Of a stretch of 64,000 nucleotides of DNA, positions 36,276 through 44,691 are shown one piece after another. Under the pieces are notes generated by a model. The model was not told the DNA's origin. It ran no database searches and saw only the letters and a list, made by a program, of their open reading frames with translations. Position numbers and translations under genes: made by a program. Source of the stretch: a virus. Where the stretch lies: IMG/VR virus record IMGVR_UViG_3300007734_000761, positions 1-64,000 of that record. One strand, given 5' to 3'. How positions within the stretch are numbered: the stretch's first letter is position 1; every line of letters starts with the position of its first letter.

Positions 36276-37718
36276 TTAATATACTAATTTGTGTCTTAAT
36301 TTTTTCTTTGGTAATTCTTCTACTTTTGTAAACGTATAAGGTTTGCGAGGTTTAAAGTTAGCTAACGTTTCATTAATGCAATCTGCCATGTTTTTAGCCA
36401 TGTTTTCAGCTGTCATTAAAGCTTCATTACCTGTTACCCACTCACGAGCTAACATTCCTCTACGATTTCTTTCTTCTTTACTCATTTCAAATACTTGAAC
36501 TAATCCTTTAGCAGCATCTCTAAAATCACAACGATCATCAAAGATATAAGGAGTTGGTACTGAACCTTGAATACTCATACAAGATGGATATAAAGGAATT
36601 GCCCACTCACTATGAGTTTTGTAAGTTCCAAAATGATTTGAACAGAAATTATCGTCAAACTCAATCCAGTTTCCATTTTCATCTGTAAATCTCATTTGAT
36701 CTTGCATTCCTCCTGTTACGGTAGCCATAATCATTTTTCCACACATCATAGCTTCTGTAAGTGATAAGCCCCATCCTTCATTTGAAGACAACAAACTAGT
36801 CAAGTCAGACATGTTATACAGGAAGTTCATTTCTTGAGGAGAAACTATGTGATCCCAAAAAATAACATCTCCGTGTTTTTCTTCATCAATTAACAAGTCT
36901 TTTACAGCGCCTAAATTGGTTCCATTTTCATCAGAAACTTGAGTATGAAGTAAGAAACAACATTTTTTACTTTTTTCAGGGCCTATTGTTTCACAAAACT
37001 GGTTCCAAGCAGCAAACATGTCAGAAGGTTGTTTGCGGCGAATATTACGAGCATTATAATACCAAACAAAGTCATATTCTTTACCTCCAAAAACTTGTTT
37101 TTTATAAGACTGAAAATTTTTCCAATCTGGGTCTGATTCTGTTAATGGTCTAAACATTTCATGATCGATTCCATGAGGAACATATTTAATTACTTTGTTT
37201 TTAGCATCGTCACCTAAAACAATTCTATTGATGTTAGCGGTTTGTTTACTAATAGCAGCAAATCCATCACAAGATTTGTAATAGTCTTCATTGTAAAGGG
37301 GTGCTGGATAATCATCCCAAATATTTAAGTAAACAATAGGAATATGTTTTCTAACCTCATTTTCAATTTGAAATAACCAAATATAATAACGTGGATCAGT
37401 CATCATCATTAAAACATCTGGTTTTTCAAATTTAATCATGTCTCTAATTAATTGAGGACTACCATAACCATTAATAGGAATAAGAGTAATATCAGCATCT
37501 TCTATACCAAACTGGTCTTTTGTTGCTTGACTTAAATCAAACTTTTTACCTTGTTCTGGATGGTTAATAGCTCCTGCTAATTGGACCCAATTAAAATGAT
37601 TAGATGTTTTCGTAACGATTTCTCTCAACATAGTAGCCACACCACTATGCATTCTAAGATCGTCACCTAATAGTAAAATCTTTTTACGTTTGTTTTTTGG
37701 AATATAACTTGTTTTCAT
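36276..37718 (-). CDS. glycosyltransferase (GT4/GT-B)
   Basis: HSGVA, VPHGID, RNIRRKQ, NEGWGLSLTEAM. Confidence 0.92.
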   Translation of the reverse strand: MKTSYIPKNKRKKILLLGDDLRMHSGVATMLREIVTKTSNHFNWVQLAGAINHPEQGKKFDLSQATKDQFGIEDADITLIPINGYGSPQLIRDMIKFEKPDVLMMMTDPRYYIWLFQIENEVRKHIPIVYLNIWDDYPAPLYNEDYYKSCDGFAAISKQTANINRIVLGDDAKNKVIKYVPHGIDHEMFRPLTESDPDWKNFQSYKKQVFGGKEYDFVWYYNARNIRRKQPSDMFAAWNQFCETIGPEKSKKCCFLLHTQVSDENGTNLGAVKDLLIDEEKHGDVIFWDHIVSPQEMNFLYNMSDLTSLLSSNEGWGLSLTEAMMCGKMIMATVTGGMQDQMRFTDENGNWIEFDDNFCSNHFGTYKTHSEWAIPLYPSCMSIQGSVPTPYIFDDRCDFRDAAKGLVQVFEMSKEERNRRGMLAREWVTGNEALMTAENMAKNMADCINETLANFKPRKPYTFTKVEELPKKKLRHKLVY

Positions 37719-37722
37719 TTAA

Positions 37723-37926
37723 TTAAATTGCGGAACCGGTAACTTCGTGTTTGTAATTGTGCATTAATTTTCTAAAGCTCTCGTCGTTATTATACAAATG
37801 CATTGCACGATCGACTAATTTAGATAAAGAAAATTTTGTTCTTACACACATAACTTTGAAATCATCAAATTCTTGGGGTTCTAGTTTTAAACTAGTAAGT
37901 GTTTTGTCTTTTGCTGGTGTTGCCAT
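37723..37926 (-). CDS. ribbon-helix-helix-like DNA-binding protein
   Basis: LTSLKL strand then helices FDDFK..SLSKLVDRAM; heads the GT operon. Confidence 0.6.
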   Translation of the reverse strand: MATPAKDKTLTSLKLEPQEFDDFKVMCVRTKFSLSKLVDRAMHLYNNDESFRKLMHNYKHEVTGSAI

Positions 37927-37973
37927 AAATTTTATTATTTTGTTTAATAATAAATATATCCGTATTTATGTTT

Positions 37974-38924
37974 CTATGCAAAAAATGTAACTTTTTTTTC
38001 TCCTTTATTACAAAGTCCATTAGTACTAAAAGGACACCAAGTACAAGTGTCTTTACTTATGTTCATAGGATATTCTTTATCAAAAATATACTTTCCATCA
38101 TCTGTAAAACATTCATTTAGAAACTGTTGAAAATCATTTTCAGCTTGTTTCATTTTAGTTTTACCACTTGCTGGTGTAACGGTTTGAGTTCTAGGAACAA
38201 TAAAATCAGGACTGTCCCAAACTTTTCGTTTTACGACAATAAATTCAACATGAATTTTGTCTTTATCTACCCCATACAATTCACTGTAGAATTTTTTATA
38301 GAGTAGGATTTGTTGCATTTTAGTTTGATTTTTCTTTTCTTTATCACCCCAACCTCTAGTACTGGTTTTAATATCATAAATGTAATACCGATCATATTTT
38401 TCATCATATAAAACAAGATCAATGTAACCTTTCATGAATAAGTTACTTTTTTTAGCTATTGGGTAAATAATAGGAACTTCACATCCAATTAGTCTCCAAC
38501 CTCTTAAACCAAACCACTTTATTCTGTCTTTTTTAAATGCTTTAATAATTTCACAACCATCTTCGTAAAATTCTCTTAGTTCATCTGGTGTGGAATATTG
38601 TTGGTTATTGTTTTGGACGAGACCTCTTTTGTATTCTTCCGTAAGTTGAGTTTTGAAATAACTTTCCAAATCAATTTCATCAGCCTTTTTACCAGAAACA
38701 TTGAAGATGTAATCAATGTAATACTGAAGAGTATTATGGATGGCAGTACCAAATACAGTATGAATGCTTTGGCTATAAACAGCATTATTTTGCGCATATG
38801 CTAAGTACCACTGATAATTACAAGCTCTCCAAGTAGCATATTGACTATAGGATACAGTTTTGTCAGTGGCATAATTAACTTCATGCAGCTTAATTTTACT
38901 TATTGGGTTCTTCCACTTTGCCAT
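37974..38924 (-). CDS. PD-(D/E)XK nuclease (RecB/Cas4-like)
   Basis: SYSQ..C, FGTAIH, GYIDLV..IYDIKT, QILLY, CTWCPF..C. Confidence 0.9.
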   Translation of the reverse strand: MAKWKNPISKIKLHEVNYATDKTVSYSQYATWRACNYQWYLAYAQNNAVYSQSIHTVFGTAIHNTLQYYIDYIFNVSGKKADEIDLESYFKTQLTEEYKRGLVQNNNQQYSTPDELREFYEDGCEIIKAFKKDRIKWFGLRGWRLIGCEVPIIYPIAKKSNLFMKGYIDLVLYDEKYDRYYIYDIKTSTRGWGDKEKKNQTKMQQILLYKKFYSELYGVDKDKIHVEFIVVKRKVWDSPDFIVPRTQTVTPASGKTKMKQAENDFQQFLNECFTDDGKYIFDKEYPMNISKDTCTWCPFSTNGLCNKGEKKVTFFA

Positions 38925-39171
38925 TCAAAACCTGTTTTAATTTTTCTAAATAAAGAATACCATCATGCAACTCATCTTGAATGTGTTGAATCCAATCTAC
39001 TACACTCAAATCAGTTCTGTCTAAATCAGTACCATATTTTTTTCGTCCAAAAGCCGCTCTTGATTCAAATCTATCAATAATAGTTTGAACAACACTATCT
39101 ACTTTAGGTTTTTCACTTTGGCTACTATGTGTTTCTATTGTTACGTTGTACACGTCGCTTCTTTTTGTCAT
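38896..39171 (-). CDS. putative all-alpha nucleotide pyrophosphohydrolase-like protein
   Basis: GRKKYGTDLDRTDL..W..H..DEL.D..LY. Confidence 0.6.
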   Translation of the reverse strand: MTKRSDVYNVTIETHSSQSEKPKVDSVVQTIIDRFESRAAFGRKKYGTDLDRTDLSVVDWIQHIQDELHDGILYLEKLKQVLNGKVEEPNK

Positions 39172-39550
39172 CTTTCAAACCTTTAACTTCTAATAGTATA
39201 ATATCTTTAACTTGAGAATCCAAAAGATTTACTATGTCTTTTGATTCACGTTGGCTACACTCAAAGTACTCACTAATAAATTTAAGTTCTTCTTCATCAT
39301 AAACTACTTGACCTTTTACCCACTTACTCCAAATTGGTTTTTTGGGAATGACGTCTCTGTAAAATTCATATAATTTTTGAGGAGGCATAGGATATACCAT
39401 AGCCATTTCAACAATTTGAATGTAGTCTTTATTAAAGCTAAGTGCTTTATTTACAATAAATGGATTGAAATTATTTTGTTCTTCTTCAGTAAAACTGTCC
39501 CATTCACGTTTTTCAACTGTGATTTGTTTTACCCAATCAAATGGAGTCAT
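39125..39550 (-). CDS. clamp loader small subunit (T4 gp62-like)
   Basis: FNPFIVNKALS..Y.FY...IPKK..W.KWVK; near the large subunit. Confidence 0.75.
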   Translation of the reverse strand: MTPFDWVKQITVEKREWDSFTEEEQNNFNPFIVNKALSFNKDYIQIVEMAMVYPMPPQKLYEFYRDVIPKKPIWSKWVKGQVVYDEEELKFISEYFECSQRESKDIVNLLDSQVKDIILLEVKGLKDDKKKRRVQRNNRNT

Positions 39551-39770
39551 TTGTTTTCTTTAATTCAGCAGGCATAAACTCATCATTTACATGTCCACAA
39601 CTTGTACAACAGAAAATAGGAATTGGGACTAAACCATCTACTGATTGTCCTGTCAAAAATCTACTTACTTTTCTTAAAATAACAGCTTCTGAAAATGTTT
39701 GATTCTCACATTTTTCACATACGATTGGAACTGTTTTGTCTAGCGATACGTTTAATTTAGGGGTATTCAT
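39537..39770 (-). CDS. Zn-ribbon protein
   Basis: CEKC..CTSCGH. Confidence 0.7.
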   Translation of the reverse strand: MNTPKLNVSLDKTVPIVCEKCENQTFSEAVILRKVSRFLTGQSVDGLVPIPIFCCTSCGHVNDEFMPAELKKTNDSI

Positions 39771-39776
39771 ATTAAT

Positions 39777-39965
39777 TTATTTTTTATGTTCTTTCCATTC
39801 TAAGTAAAAACCATAGGCTACTAGTAGATTCATACCTACAGAAGACCAAAGTTCCATTACATCTTCATATACATTCATTGTAAGATGAACATGACCTACC
39901 ATCCAAAAAGGAATTGATAAGTTTCCAGCAATCCATCTAATTAAAAAATGTGTAAATTGTTTCAT
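39777..39965 (-). CDS. small membrane protein
   Basis: Hydrophobic 62 aa ORF. Confidence 0.65.
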   Translation of the reverse strand: MKQFTHFLIRWIAGNLSIPFWMVGHVHLTMNVYEDVMELWSSVGMNLLVAYGFYLEWKEHKK

Positions 39966-40849
39966 AACAGTTTACTGATAGTAGCCATAAATGTAATTTC
40001 ACGATCAGGTGAATTTACACTATTATGTATTCCTTCAGCGATAATAATTATTTGTTGAGCATTAGAAGTAGCATCATATAAAGCTCTATAAATTTCAGTA
40101 AAGTCTTTAACTCCATTGTCTGCTACAATTTGTCTTACTTTTTGAAATGAGTCTTTGTTTTTGTTAAACACTAAGTCAACAATTTCTTTAACATAATTTG
40201 ACTTTGTAAAACTTTTACCCTCAATACTTAACTTTAAATCTCTAATACATGCTTGAACATTGTTTAATACTTTACGAATGTCTGGATAAAAGGTTTTAAC
40301 AATGTGTGCTAATTCTTTGTCTATAAATACAACGTTTTCCTCTTGTAAAATACCCACCATTCTATCGTATACTTGGCGAGGAGTAGGCGATATTAACGCG
40401 TAACTAGCTAGTCTCGACTGGAGTGGTGAAATAATTCTTTCTACGAAATTACACGTGAAGATAAAACGAGTATGTAAACTGAAGGTTTCAATAATATTAC
40501 GTAATGCTGCTTGAGCATTCAACGTCAAAAAGTCAGCTTCATCTAAAATAACAACTTTTAACTTTTTAAAGGTAGCAGCTGAGGCAAATTGTCTTACTTT
40601 ATCTCGAATAGCATCAATTCCATTTTCGTCACTACAATTTAGATATAAGTAGTCACAGTCAATGCTATTAATAATCAGTTTTGCTGCTGTTGTTTTACCT
40701 GTACCTGGTCCTCCATGTAATAATAAATTAGGAAAGTCTTGATTTTTAATCCATTCTTCTAAGTCTTTAATAAAAGACTCATTTCCTAAGTAACCATCAA
40801 GTGTAGATGGTCTGTATTTTTCAACGAATAAAGTGTGTTTCTTTGACAT
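39962..40849 (-). CDS. clamp loader large subunit (RFC / T4 gp44-like)
   Basis: VEKYRP, GGPGTGKTT, NCSDENG, ILDEAD, AQAALR, SR. Confidence 0.95.
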   Translation of the reverse strand: MSKKHTLFVEKYRPSTLDGYLGNESFIKDLEEWIKNQDFPNLLLHGGPGTGKTTAAKLIINSIDCDYLYLNCSDENGIDAIRDKVRQFASAATFKKLKVVILDEADFLTLNAQAALRNIIETFSLHTRFIFTCNFVERIISPLQSRLASYALISPTPRQVYDRMVGILQEENVVFIDKELAHIVKTFYPDIRKVLNNVQACIRDLKLSIEGKSFTKSNYVKEIVDLVFNKNKDSFQKVRQIVADNGVKDFTEIYRALYDATSNAQQIIIIAEGIHNSVNSPDREITFMATISKLL

Positions 40850-40939
40850 AATTTACTTATATAGTATAATAAAAAAAGACTTTAAAAACTAATTGTAAAA
40901 AAATAAAAAAGTTTAATATTTATAGTCAAACTAATAACT

Positions 40940-41401
40940 ATGGCACAATACGCAATCGCATATGCACCTAATCTTTCTGGAGGACAACCCGCTAGTACTC
41001 AAAAAACAGGAAGTTTTTACATTGGTAACCTTGCTCAAGGAAAAACTTGGAACCAAGCTGTTCCTCAAACTACTACTAATACTTTATTTTTTGCTAGTCC
41101 TTTAGCTAATAATAACAATGCACAACCATATGTTATAGCTATTCCTAATCCAAACAAACCAGCTCCTTTTACAGGTCTAGATCAACCACAATTTTTCTAT
41201 TCACAAACTGGAGGTGCATTTTCTCAAACAGATGGAGCTTTTATTGCTACTTGTGATTATATTTTAAAAACATATAAAACTGATGGTTCTGTAGGTCAAC
41301 CTTCTGCTAATCCAGCTGGATGTAATAGTGTACCTAACTGTCAATCAGCATTAACAACTGCTGGTTTCTTTCAATCATATGGTTTTAATGCTCCTGCTTA
41401 A
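40940..41401 (+). CDS. putative virion protein related to the N-terminal domain of the LamG proteins
   Basis: Only credible plus-strand gene; late motif ATATTTAT at 40916-40923 on the plus strand. Confidence 0.75.
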   Translation: MAQYAIAYAPNLSGGQPASTQKTGSFYIGNLAQGKTWNQAVPQTTTNTLFFASPLANNNNAQPYVIAIPNPNKPAPFTGLDQPQFFYSQTGGAFSQTDGAFIATCDYILKTYKTDGSVGQPSANPAGCNSVPNCQSALTTAGFFQSYGFNAPA

Positions 41402-41404
41402 TAA

Positions 41405-42100
41405 TTAAAAAGGTAATTTAATATCAACATTACCATTTTCTAAAAAATAAAGATAGTTACTTCTTAAAGAAGCCATAAAATCCATTTTTTTAGTAAACAC
41501 TCCATAATTTTTACAAAGTAAATCAATCAAATCATCTTTGTGTTTGTTCTTTTTATGGTAATGTTCTGTAAAAGCATACAATGCTTTATGTGAAATAGCA
41601 ATTTTAGGATGTTGAACATAAATAACATATGGATCATCATTATCTAGTGTAACTACAGGTATTAAATTAACTAAATTATCAGTAACTTGTTCTGTAAAAA
41701 TGTCTATAATAATTTCGTCTGGTGTAGCCTGTTTATAAATAAAACTAATCAATTTACCTTTCAATAAAGTAATATTACTGTCATCTGTAATATATCCATT
41801 TCTGTCTAGTACTTTTAAATCAAAAAATCCTTTTAAAAAGTCAATGTCTTCTGAAGTTATAGGTTCAGTTAAGGCAAAATCTAAGTCTGGTTTTCTTTGA
41901 TGGAAATCATAACTTTCAATTCCTAAAACATGAAATGACAGTTGTCCTGTTAATACAAGTTTAGGGCAAATAGTAGTAATACTATTAATAAAATCTGTGT
42001 ATTTTTGTGGCATGTTAGGCCATGTAGTAGAACAATAACTGAACTTGCTTTTAATTGAGGGTACTTGTTCTCTAATGTCGTTTTCTTTTGTAAGTTTCAT
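41405..42100 (-). CDS. putative nucleotidyltransferase (Pol-beta superfamily); start revised to 42100
   Basis: LTGQLS..LG..PDLDF, IDIF, K..HKDD; the ORF-track N-terminal extension is the promoter. Confidence 0.65.
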   Translation of the reverse strand: MKLTKENDIREQVPSIKSKFSYCSTTWPNMPQKYTDFINSITTICPKLVLTGQLSFHVLGIESYDFHQRKPDLDFALTEPITSEDIDFLKGFFDLKVLDRNGYITDDSNITLLKGKLISFIYKQATPDEIIIDIFTEQVTDNLVNLIPVVTLDNDDPYVIYVQHPKIAISHKALYAFTEHYHKKNKHKDDLIDLLCKNYGVFTKKMDFMASLRSNYLYFLENGNVDIKLPF

Positions 42101-42116
42101 AACCTTATTTTTATGT

Positions 42117-42148
42117 AGTATAACAAAAAAAGCTTGGTAAACCAAGCT
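42117..42148 (-). terminator. fused intrinsic terminator and class II promoter
   Basis: AGCTTGGT-TT-ACCAAGCT plus T run; TTGGTT-N17-TATACT. Confidence 0.75.
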
Positions 42149-42154
42149 TCTTTA

Positions 42155-42895
42155 TTAAGGTTTAAAAGCGTCTTTAAACGTAAATAAGGTTTTATAAATT
42201 TTAGAAGTTTGAGGAATTATTTTATTACCATATGGGATTTTTTCTCCTGTTAATGGATCTTTAGTATTATTTTTATCACGATTAACAGCATCAAAGTCAG
42301 CTTTAAGTGAATCAGGTAAACCAGAAGCCATTAATGACTGGAATGCGTATGGAGAATACATTATAGTTCCATCTTCTTCGTAGTACTGTAAATTATCATT
42401 AGAAAATAAATCATTTGCTAAGCTACGTAAGTCTTTTACTTTAACCTTACCTGGCATGACAGGGGCAATTTGAGGAGAAGATTTAGCAGCAACTGATGCT
42501 CCTTTATTTTTAAATGAATTTATGTCAGCCTTAGCTGTTTCACGTTTTATTTTTTCAGCTTCTGCTTTAGGTACAGGATTAGGTGTTAATTTAGTAACAG
42601 TAAAAAGTTTTTGTATAGCTTGGTTGTTGTTTGCTAATTCATCAGATAACTTTAAAATGTATCTATACATGTAACCATCATTACTAGTATCTGTTGTTGG
42701 AATAACTTTACCACGTTTTTTAAGATCAATAATTTTAGAAATAAGTGAACCTAATACTTGTGATTCAGGAAGGATATTTACTGTGTATCCATTCATGTCT
42801 AAGTCGTTTGCATGTACACGATAAGTATTCCACAACGGATCTTTAGGATTAGAAACTCTAGCAGCTTCTGGTAATAAAGATGATAATGTTATCAT
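42155..42895 (-). CDS. putative internal virion protein with LxE leader
   Basis: MITLSSLLPE; late motif at 42900-42907. Confidence 0.65.
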   Translation of the reverse strand: MITLSSLLPEAARVSNPKDPLWNTYRVHANDLDMNGYTVNILPESQVLGSLISKIIDLKKRGKVIPTTDTSNDGYMYRYILKLSDELANNNQAIQKLFTVTKLTPNPVPKAEAEKIKRETAKADINSFKNKGASVAAKSSPQIAPVMPGKVKVKDLRSLANDLFSNDNLQYYEEDGTIMYSPYAFQSLMASGLPDSLKADFDAVNRDKNNTKDPLTGEKIPYGNKIIPQTSKIYKTLFTFKDAFKP

Positions 42896-42909
42896 ATTAA
42901 TAAATATTG

Positions 42910-42984
42910 TGGACCCTGTAGGGTTTGAACCTACGACCCCCTGATTATGAGTCAGGTGCTACTGACCAACTGAGCTAAGGGTCC
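42910..42984 (-). tRNA. tRNA with CAT anticodon, likely Ile2 (lysidine type)
   Basis: GGACCCTTAGCTCAG..CCTGA-CTCATAA-TCAGG..GGTTCAAA. Confidence 0.9.
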
Positions 42985-42990
42985 ATTTAG

Positions 42991-43064
42991 TGATTCCGAC
43001 AGGATTCGAACCTGTGACCTACAGCTTAGAAGGCTGTTGCTCTATCCAGCTGAGCTACGAAACC
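42991..43064 (-). tRNA. tRNA-Arg(TCT)
   Basis: ACAGC-CTTCTAA-GCTGT; T-loop GGTTCGAATCC. Confidence 0.95.
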
Positions 43065-43069
43065 ATTTG

Positions 43070-43143
43070 CTCCCCGAGCTGGACTCGAACCAGCGACCTA
43101 ATGATTAACAGTCATTTGCTCTAACCTACTGAGCTATCGAGGA
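43070..43143 (-). tRNA. tRNA-Asn(GTT)
   Basis: AATGA-CTGTTAA-TCATT. Confidence 0.95.
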
Positions 43144-43160
43144 ATCTGTCTTCAGCGGCG

Positions 43161-43231
43161 TTACCCCCCAGAGATTCGAACTCCAATTAACTGGACCAAA
43201 ACCAGTTGTCCTGCCGTTAGACGAGAGGGTA
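43161..43231 (-). tRNA. tRNA-Gln(TTG)
   Basis: ACTGG-TTTTGGT-CCAGT. Confidence 0.93.
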
Positions 43232-43236
43232 ATATT

Positions 43237-43311
43237 TGCTAGGTCACCACCTCCACCTAGCATGAGGAGATTTAACGTGATTTCTTTCTTGCACTAGAAG
43301 AACAGGCCTCC
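43237..43311 (-). ncRNA. unassigned structured RNA (two hairpins)
   Basis: GGAG..CTCC (43266-43311) and TGCTAGGT-GGAGGTGGTG-ACCTAGCA (43237-43262). Confidence 0.5.
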
Positions 43312-43343
43312 TTTGTTCACGAACCCGAATTGGTATTAAGGTG

Positions 43344-43430
43344 CGGAAGATGTAGGATTCGAACCTACGGAACCTTTTAAAGTTCAACAGTTTTCAAGAC
43401 TGCCGCGATCGACCACTCTGCCAATCTTCC
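43344..43430 (-). tRNA. tRNA-Ser(TGA)
   Basis: GCAGT-CTTGAAA-ACTGT with long variable arm. Confidence 0.95.
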
Positions 43431-43434
43431 GTAT

Positions 43435-43503
43435 AGTGGAGCGTCACTTATTTCTAAGTTATCCACTTCGGTTACGTTATCTTGCGATAAGAGGCTTTAC
43501 CGA
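43435..43503 (-). ncRNA. unassigned structured RNA (two GNRA-capped hairpins)
   Basis: TCGGT..TTATC-GCAA-GATAA..ACCGA abutting AGTGGA..ACTTA-GAAA-TAAGT..TCCACT. Confidence 0.6.
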
Positions 43504-43511
43504 GCCCAAGG

Positions 43512-43583
43512 TAGTCAGGACAGGATTCGAACCTGTATTTGCAGACCCTTTCGAGCCCGTGGTTACCATTCCGCCACCTGACT
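43512..43583 (-). ncRNA. tRNA-like RNA lacking a canonical anticodon loop
   Basis: Acceptor AGTCAGG/CCTGACT-A; T arm ACAGG-TTCGAAT-CCTGT; anticodon arm replaced by CGGGCTC-GAAA-GGGTCTG. Confidence 0.75.
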
Positions 43584-43587
43584 AAAA

Positions 43588-43731
43588 AACCCTAGCAGTT
43601 TCTGTTGATCAGGCAGGCTTACTAGGGGTTGTTACTGGTTATACCCGAAAGCTTTCCCAGTAACTCGAAGACCATCGGGCAGATCTTACGGGATGCTGGA
43701 TGGTACATTGCCTACAGATACTATCTATAGG
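43588..43731 (-). ncRNA. unassigned structured RNA (four consecutive hairpins)
   Basis: Stems at 43711-43731, 43671-43704, 43631-43664, 43590-43627. Confidence 0.6.
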
Positions 43732-43733
43732 GG

Positions 43734-43807
43734 TGGTTGCGGACGACAGACTCGAACTGCCAATTTAAGGTTATGAGCCTTATGTGTTACCATTACACTA
43801 ATCCACA
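43734..43807 (-). tRNA. tRNA-Met(CAT) with encoded CCA
   Basis: TAAGG-CTCATAA-CCTTA; ends GTCCGCA-A-CCA. Confidence 0.88.
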
Positions 43808-43814
43808 ATATTTG

Positions 43815-43887
43815 AGCCACCTGTAGAAATCGAATCCACAACCTACTGAGTACAAATCAGTTGCTCTACCAGTTGAGCTAAGGTGGC
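43815..43887 (-). tRNA. tRNA-Thr(TGT)
   Basis: ACTGA-TTTGTAC-TCAGT. Confidence 0.93.
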
Positions 43888-43901
43888 TTGTAAAAGAACT
43901 A

Positions 43902-44096
43902 TTACTTCTTTAACTCTACGATTTCTGTATGAAGTGAATCAGCGTGAGCATTAGCACTCTCAATAAGAGAATCAATATTCATAGAATCAGAACAAGTTGA
44001 GTCAGCACATTTCAAAGTGTCAACATTAGAAGTAGAGGTTTCGTTTGAGCAAGAAGCCAAAGTAACCAAGGCAGCGATAAATAATACTTTTTTCAT
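43902..44096 (-). CDS. small lipoprotein
   Basis: MKKVLFIAALVTLASC lipobox; late motif upstream. Confidence 0.8.
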   Translation of the reverse strand: MKKVLFIAALVTLASCSNETSTSNVDTLKCADSTCSDSMNIDSLIESANAHADSLHTEIVELKK

Positions 44097-44123
44097 TTGA
44101 TATAAATATATAGTTTTTTAATT

Positions 44124-44531
44124 TTATTTGTTTTTACCCGTATATGTTTCTGTTTGTGAGTGACAGTTTGGACATAAGAATCTTAAATTTTCAATTCTAT
44201 GATCCCAACTCTTCCCATTTATGTGGTCTAAATGAAGAGATATTGGTTTATTATTCCATTCATTTAACCCACAATTACAACATACATATGATAACAAGTT
44301 CTCTTTTAGAATCCTATTTTTAATACCTCTTCTAGATTGTATTTCTGAAATATCCTTTTTATCAGGAATAGGTTTCGATTTTGTTCTCCAACCTTTTTCA
44401 GGATTATACAATCCTTCTTTTTGAGCTCTTGTTTTAAATGTATTAAAATGCCATCCTAACTTTGAACAAGCTTCTTGCATTGAATCTGATGATTCAATTG
44501 CTTCTTTAAGTTTATCTACATCGTAATTCAT
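44124..44531 (-). mobile_element. HNH homing endonuclease in the tRNA cluster
   Basis: CCNCG..LHLDHING...DHRIENLRFLCPNCHSQT. Confidence 0.9.
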
Positions 44532-44535
44532 TTAG

Positions 44536-44619
44536 TACTGTAGGTGAGACTCGAACTCACACAACCCTGCGGGTTACTGCCTCTTAAGGGCAGCGCGTCT
44601 ACCATTCCGCCACTACAGC
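44536..44619 (-). tRNA. tRNA-Leu(TAA)
   Basis: CTGCC-CTTAAGA-GGCAG with long variable arm. Confidence 0.95.
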
Positions 44620-44646
44620 ATTTTTTTATTCTTATCTTATGACCAT

Positions 44647-44679
44647 ATTATAAAAAAAGGTTTGGTAAAAACCAAACCT
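44647..44679 (-). terminator. fused intrinsic terminator and class II promoter heading the tRNA cluster
   Basis: AGGTTTGGT-TTTT-ACCAAACCT plus T run; TTGGTT-N17-TATAAT. Confidence 0.78.
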
Positions 44680-44691
44680 TCTTTAAAGACT

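Noticed and set aside
37974-38924. Cas4 of a CRISPR system
   Set aside because: Stand-alone PD-(D/E)XK nuclease among replication genes; no array or other cas genes in the window
43590-43627. Hammerhead ribozyme (CTGATCA..GAAAC)
   Set aside because: Core deviates from CUGANGA and there is no stem II between the motifs
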